DNA from: Azolla caroliniana
Taxonomy: Eukaryota; Plantae; Polypodiophyta
Direction of reading: 5' to 3'
Assembly (NCBI GenBank): GCA_043228905.1
Contig: JBHGNT010000001.1
Location: 17,918,001-17,982,000 of the forward strand
Length of the DNA stretch: 64,000 nucleotides
Both the position numbers and the translations under genes were made by a program. The notes under the pieces were generated by a model. It saw only the letters and a list, made by a program, of their open reading frames with translations, was not told where the DNA came from and ran no database searches. Below are positions 62,001 through 64,000 of the stretch, piece by piece. Positions within the stretch are counted from its first letter, which is position 1; each line of letters starts with the position of its first letter.

Positions 62001-64000
62001 CGAAATGGATTCGGATGAAGAAGAAGAATCGGAAGAACCGGTTACCGAAGCTCCGGAACGGAGATATCCTCTAAGAGAGAGAAGGGCCCCCCGGAGATTT
62101 CCGGAACCAGAGCATGTGCTGCTAACCGACGAGGGGGAGCCGGAGAGCTTTGAAGAAGCAAAGCATGACACCCAGAGCCGCAGGTGGTTGAGTGCCATGC
62201 AGGACGAGATGGATTCCCTGCATGAGAACCACACATATGAACTTGTGGAGTTGCCGAAAGGAAAACGGGCACTCCGTAACAAGTGGGTGTTCAAGCTGAA
62301 ACCGGGAGATGCCGGAAACCCCCCGAGATACAAAGCCAGGATCGTGGTGAAGGGGTTTCAGCAGAAGAAGGGCGTCGACTTCGACGAGATATTTGCCCCG
62401 GTAGTGAAGATGACCTCCATCCGGACGGTGCTGAGCATAGCGGCAAGCATGGACCTCGAGGTAGAACAGATGGACGTGAAGACGGCATTCCTTCACGGTG
62501 ACCTCGAAGAAGAGATCTACATGCAGCAACCGGAAGGATTCGAGAAGAAAGGGAAGGAGCACCTGGTATGCCGGTTGAAGAAGAGCCTTTACGGACTGAA
62601 GCAGGCTCCCCGGCAATGGTATCGGAAATTCGACTCCTTCATGACCGACGAAGGGTACCTCAAAACGCAGTCTGACCACTGCGTGTTTGTGAAGAAGTTC
62701 GAAGGAGGAGACTTCCTAATACTCCTCCTGTACGTGGACGACATGTTGATCGTCGGACGGGACCAGGTCAAGATACGGATGCTGAAGAAGGCTCTTCACC
62801 GAACCTTCTCAATGAAGGACTTGGGTCCGGCGAGGCAAATACTAGGGATGCATATCATCCGGGACCGGAAGAAGAAGCAGTTGTGGCTGTCACAGGAGAA
62901 GTACGTGACGAAGGTGCTTCACCGGTTCAACATGTCGGAAGCAAGACCGGTCGGATCGACCCTCCCGGCAAACTGCAAGCTGTCCAACAAGCAAAGTCCC
63001 AAGACAAAGGCTGAAAAGGAGGATATGATGAAAGTGCCATATGCCTCAGCCGTCGGGAGCTTGATGTATGCCATGGTGTGTACGAGACCGGACATCGGAT
63101 ATGCAGTCGGAGTGGTGAGCCGGTACATGAGCAATCCCGGCAAAGAGCATTGGAACGCGGCCAAGTGGATACTCCGATACCTGAAGGGCACGGCAAACGT
63201 GTGCCTCCGATTCGGCTCCGGTAAGCCCGAACTCGACGGCTTTACCGATTCGGATATGTCGGCTGATGCAGATACCAGCCGGTCCACATCAGGGTATGTG
63301 ATGACGTATGCAGGGGGAGCAGTTTCGTGGCAGTCGAGGCTGCAGAAGACGGTTGCGTTGTCAACCACGGAGGCGGAGTACATGGCAGCTGTTGAAGCCG
63401 GCAAGGAAATAATATGGATGAAGGACTTCATTAGAGAGCTCGGTATCCGGCAGGAGGAGTACCGACTCTACTGCGACAGTCAGAGTGCAATCCACCTTGT
63501 GAAGAACGCGGCCTATCACTCCCGGACGAAGCACATCCAGCGAAGATATCACTGGATCCGGGAAAGGATAGAAGACAAGGAGTTCGTGCTGACGAAGATC
63601 CACACGGACGAGAACGGGTCGGATATGCTGACCAAGGTGCTCACACCCGACAAGCTGGAAGCATGCCGGAAGAGGATCGGATTGGAGAGACATCCCATGC
63701 TGAAGTGAAGGGGGAGTTTGTTGGGATTACGGTCCCTTCGGATGGGATGGTCGGATCCGGTTTCGGTTTCGGATCCGGATGACGAAGACCCCGGTTTCGG
63801 CACCGGATGACGAATGTACCCGGAGAGCGATCCGGATGCAGGGACATATCCGTGAATATGTTCGCTATGGGCCCCTGAGGCTACAGTTGTAAATAGCCCA
63901 AAGTCATATAAGTATAAATATGACTTAGGGCAAACAGTTTTATAGCTGCTGATCTTTTTCTGTTTTTCCACTTTAGAGGAGTGAAGAGAGAAAGCAGCCG
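59005..64000 (+). mobile_element. Intact young Tork/Tnt1-like Ty1/Copia (5' LTR 59005-59602, PBS 59606-59617, PPT 63707-63716, 3' LTR from 63719, cut by window edge)
   Basis: TG...CA LTR; TGGTATCAGAGC; uninterrupted ORF; the 282 bp of 3' LTR in the window match the 5' LTR with no difference seen. Confidence 0.97.
59632..63708 (+). CDS. Copia Gag-Pol polyprotein (1358 aa): Gag, CCHC, protease, integrase, RT, RNase H
   Basis: CFHCGKPGHFRKNC; WVVDSGASFH; WHKRLCH..CTDC; VHTD, ADNGGEY, NGLAER; QMDVKTAFLHG, YGLKQA, YVDD; FTDSD, TTEAEY, HSRTKHI. First ATG after the PBS is at 59632. Confidence 0.97.
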   Translation: MEGGGSGQPGMMVLNAQNYADWKIKMEDLLIVRDLYEPIDRSEIPKGVLESEWKLLNRKAVATIRQYVDVSVLQHVANDTNAYEMWKKLSGLYERKNALNRTSLMRKIVNLKYRDGESMVEHVSTFMGFVNQLAAIKFPLEDAMQAIILMCTLPDSWENLVVTLSTSCTEDNLSLQTVKTSILNEEARRRDKEPASDSKALLTESDRRRQWNRSPQRREKSGTRSRSRGRPTCFHCGKPGHFRKNCRHYRKDNGADDTDSKKSPERNDAYRGATDRRGSDRRGQDRKGTTALAASEEEIMLITEEGELNIAGDETTWVVDSGASFHLTPERRYFSSYTAGEHGCVRMGNEGTCRIAGIGDVWLTTPTGCKMLLKNVRHVPEVRLNLISAGRLDDEGYTGSIQNGVMKFSKGSLIVARARKDNTLYLMNARLCPEELNVAADTAGELWHKRLCHMSEKGMKRLAEENLIPVKHVHLEKCTDCLAGKQNRTSFHSRPPTRRSAPLELVHTDVCQVETKSHGGAQYFVTFIDDHSRRLWTAPMKTKDQVLSVFKELHARVERESGKKLKAIRADNGGEYRGQFQEYCRSKGIRLEFTVPKTPELNGLAERMNRTIMERVRSMLAHAKLPKGFWAEAMSTATYVINRSPSVPLDGDTPQRVWTGREVSYRHLKVFGCLAYVHVAKDRRGKLDPKTRPCIFLGYGDDEFGYRVWDPVDKKIFRSRDIIFMENKTLADWESEKKMKSSKSTGEDQLYGEQSRPARDRLALEDPAEDGEETEPAEEDENDTGTGPDPEMDSDEEEESEEPVTEAPERRYPLRERRAPRRFPEPEHVLLTDEGEPESFEEAKHDTQSRRWLSAMQDEMDSLHENHTYELVELPKGKRALRNKWVFKLKPGDAGNPPRYKARIVVKGFQQKKGVDFDEIFAPVVKMTSIRTVLSIAASMDLEVEQMDVKTAFLHGDLEEEIYMQQPEGFEKKGKEHLVCRLKKSLYGLKQAPRQWYRKFDSFMTDEGYLKTQSDHCVFVKKFEGGDFLILLLYVDDMLIVGRDQVKIRMLKKALHRTFSMKDLGPARQILGMHIIRDRKKKQLWLSQEKYVTKVLHRFNMSEARPVGSTLPANCKLSNKQSPKTKAEKEDMMKVPYASAVGSLMYAMVCTRPDIGYAVGVVSRYMSNPGKEHWNAAKWILRYLKGTANVCLRFGSGKPELDGFTDSDMSADADTSRSTSGYVMTYAGGAVSWQSRLQKTVALSTTEAEYMAAVEAGKEIIWMKDFIRELGIRQEEYRLYCDSQSAIHLVKNAAYHSRTKHIQRRYHWIRERIEDKEFVLTKIHTDENGSDMLTKVLTPDKLEACRKRIGLERHPMLK

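Noticed and set aside
1-64000. Left-edge and right-edge Tork LTRs as the two ends of one element or inversion
   Set aside because: They are in opposite orientation, each has its own PBS and gag, and their U3 regions differ: independent insertions.

Overview
Eukaryotic, almost certainly land-plant, transposon-dense DNA with no intact host gene. A non-seed plant (moss, fern or similar) is plausible from the element mix but cannot be proven from sequence alone. The window is a deep nest of LTR retrotransposons. A chromodomain Gypsy (A, ~6450-38161) contains a Copia (B, 6863-27603, TSD TTGAT). B contains a tRNA-Trp-primed Gypsy (D1, 12174-25451), which contains a chromovirus remnant (E), which contains a complete Gypsy (D2, 15386-22661, 4-bp TSD). 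Also present: a gag-only non-autonomous relative of D (F), several decayed Copias, a 5'-truncated LINE, a MITE, a minisatellite, and one very young intact Tork/Tnt1-like Copia (59005 to beyond 64000, 1358-aa ORF, identical LTRs). Three observations stand out. (1) A 2.67-kb non-autonomous LTR element (L, 55964-58631, TSD ATTGC) has no polypurine tract but an inward-facing tRNA primer-binding-like site at both LTR junctions, and carries intron-free fragments of cytosolic Hsp70 and kinesin-5. (2) A tRNA-like Pol III A-box/B-box module sits antisense in the U3 of the D/F LTRs. (3) The D/F family has 4-bp palindromic target sites. All calls were made by eye; approximate boundaries may be off by tens of bases.
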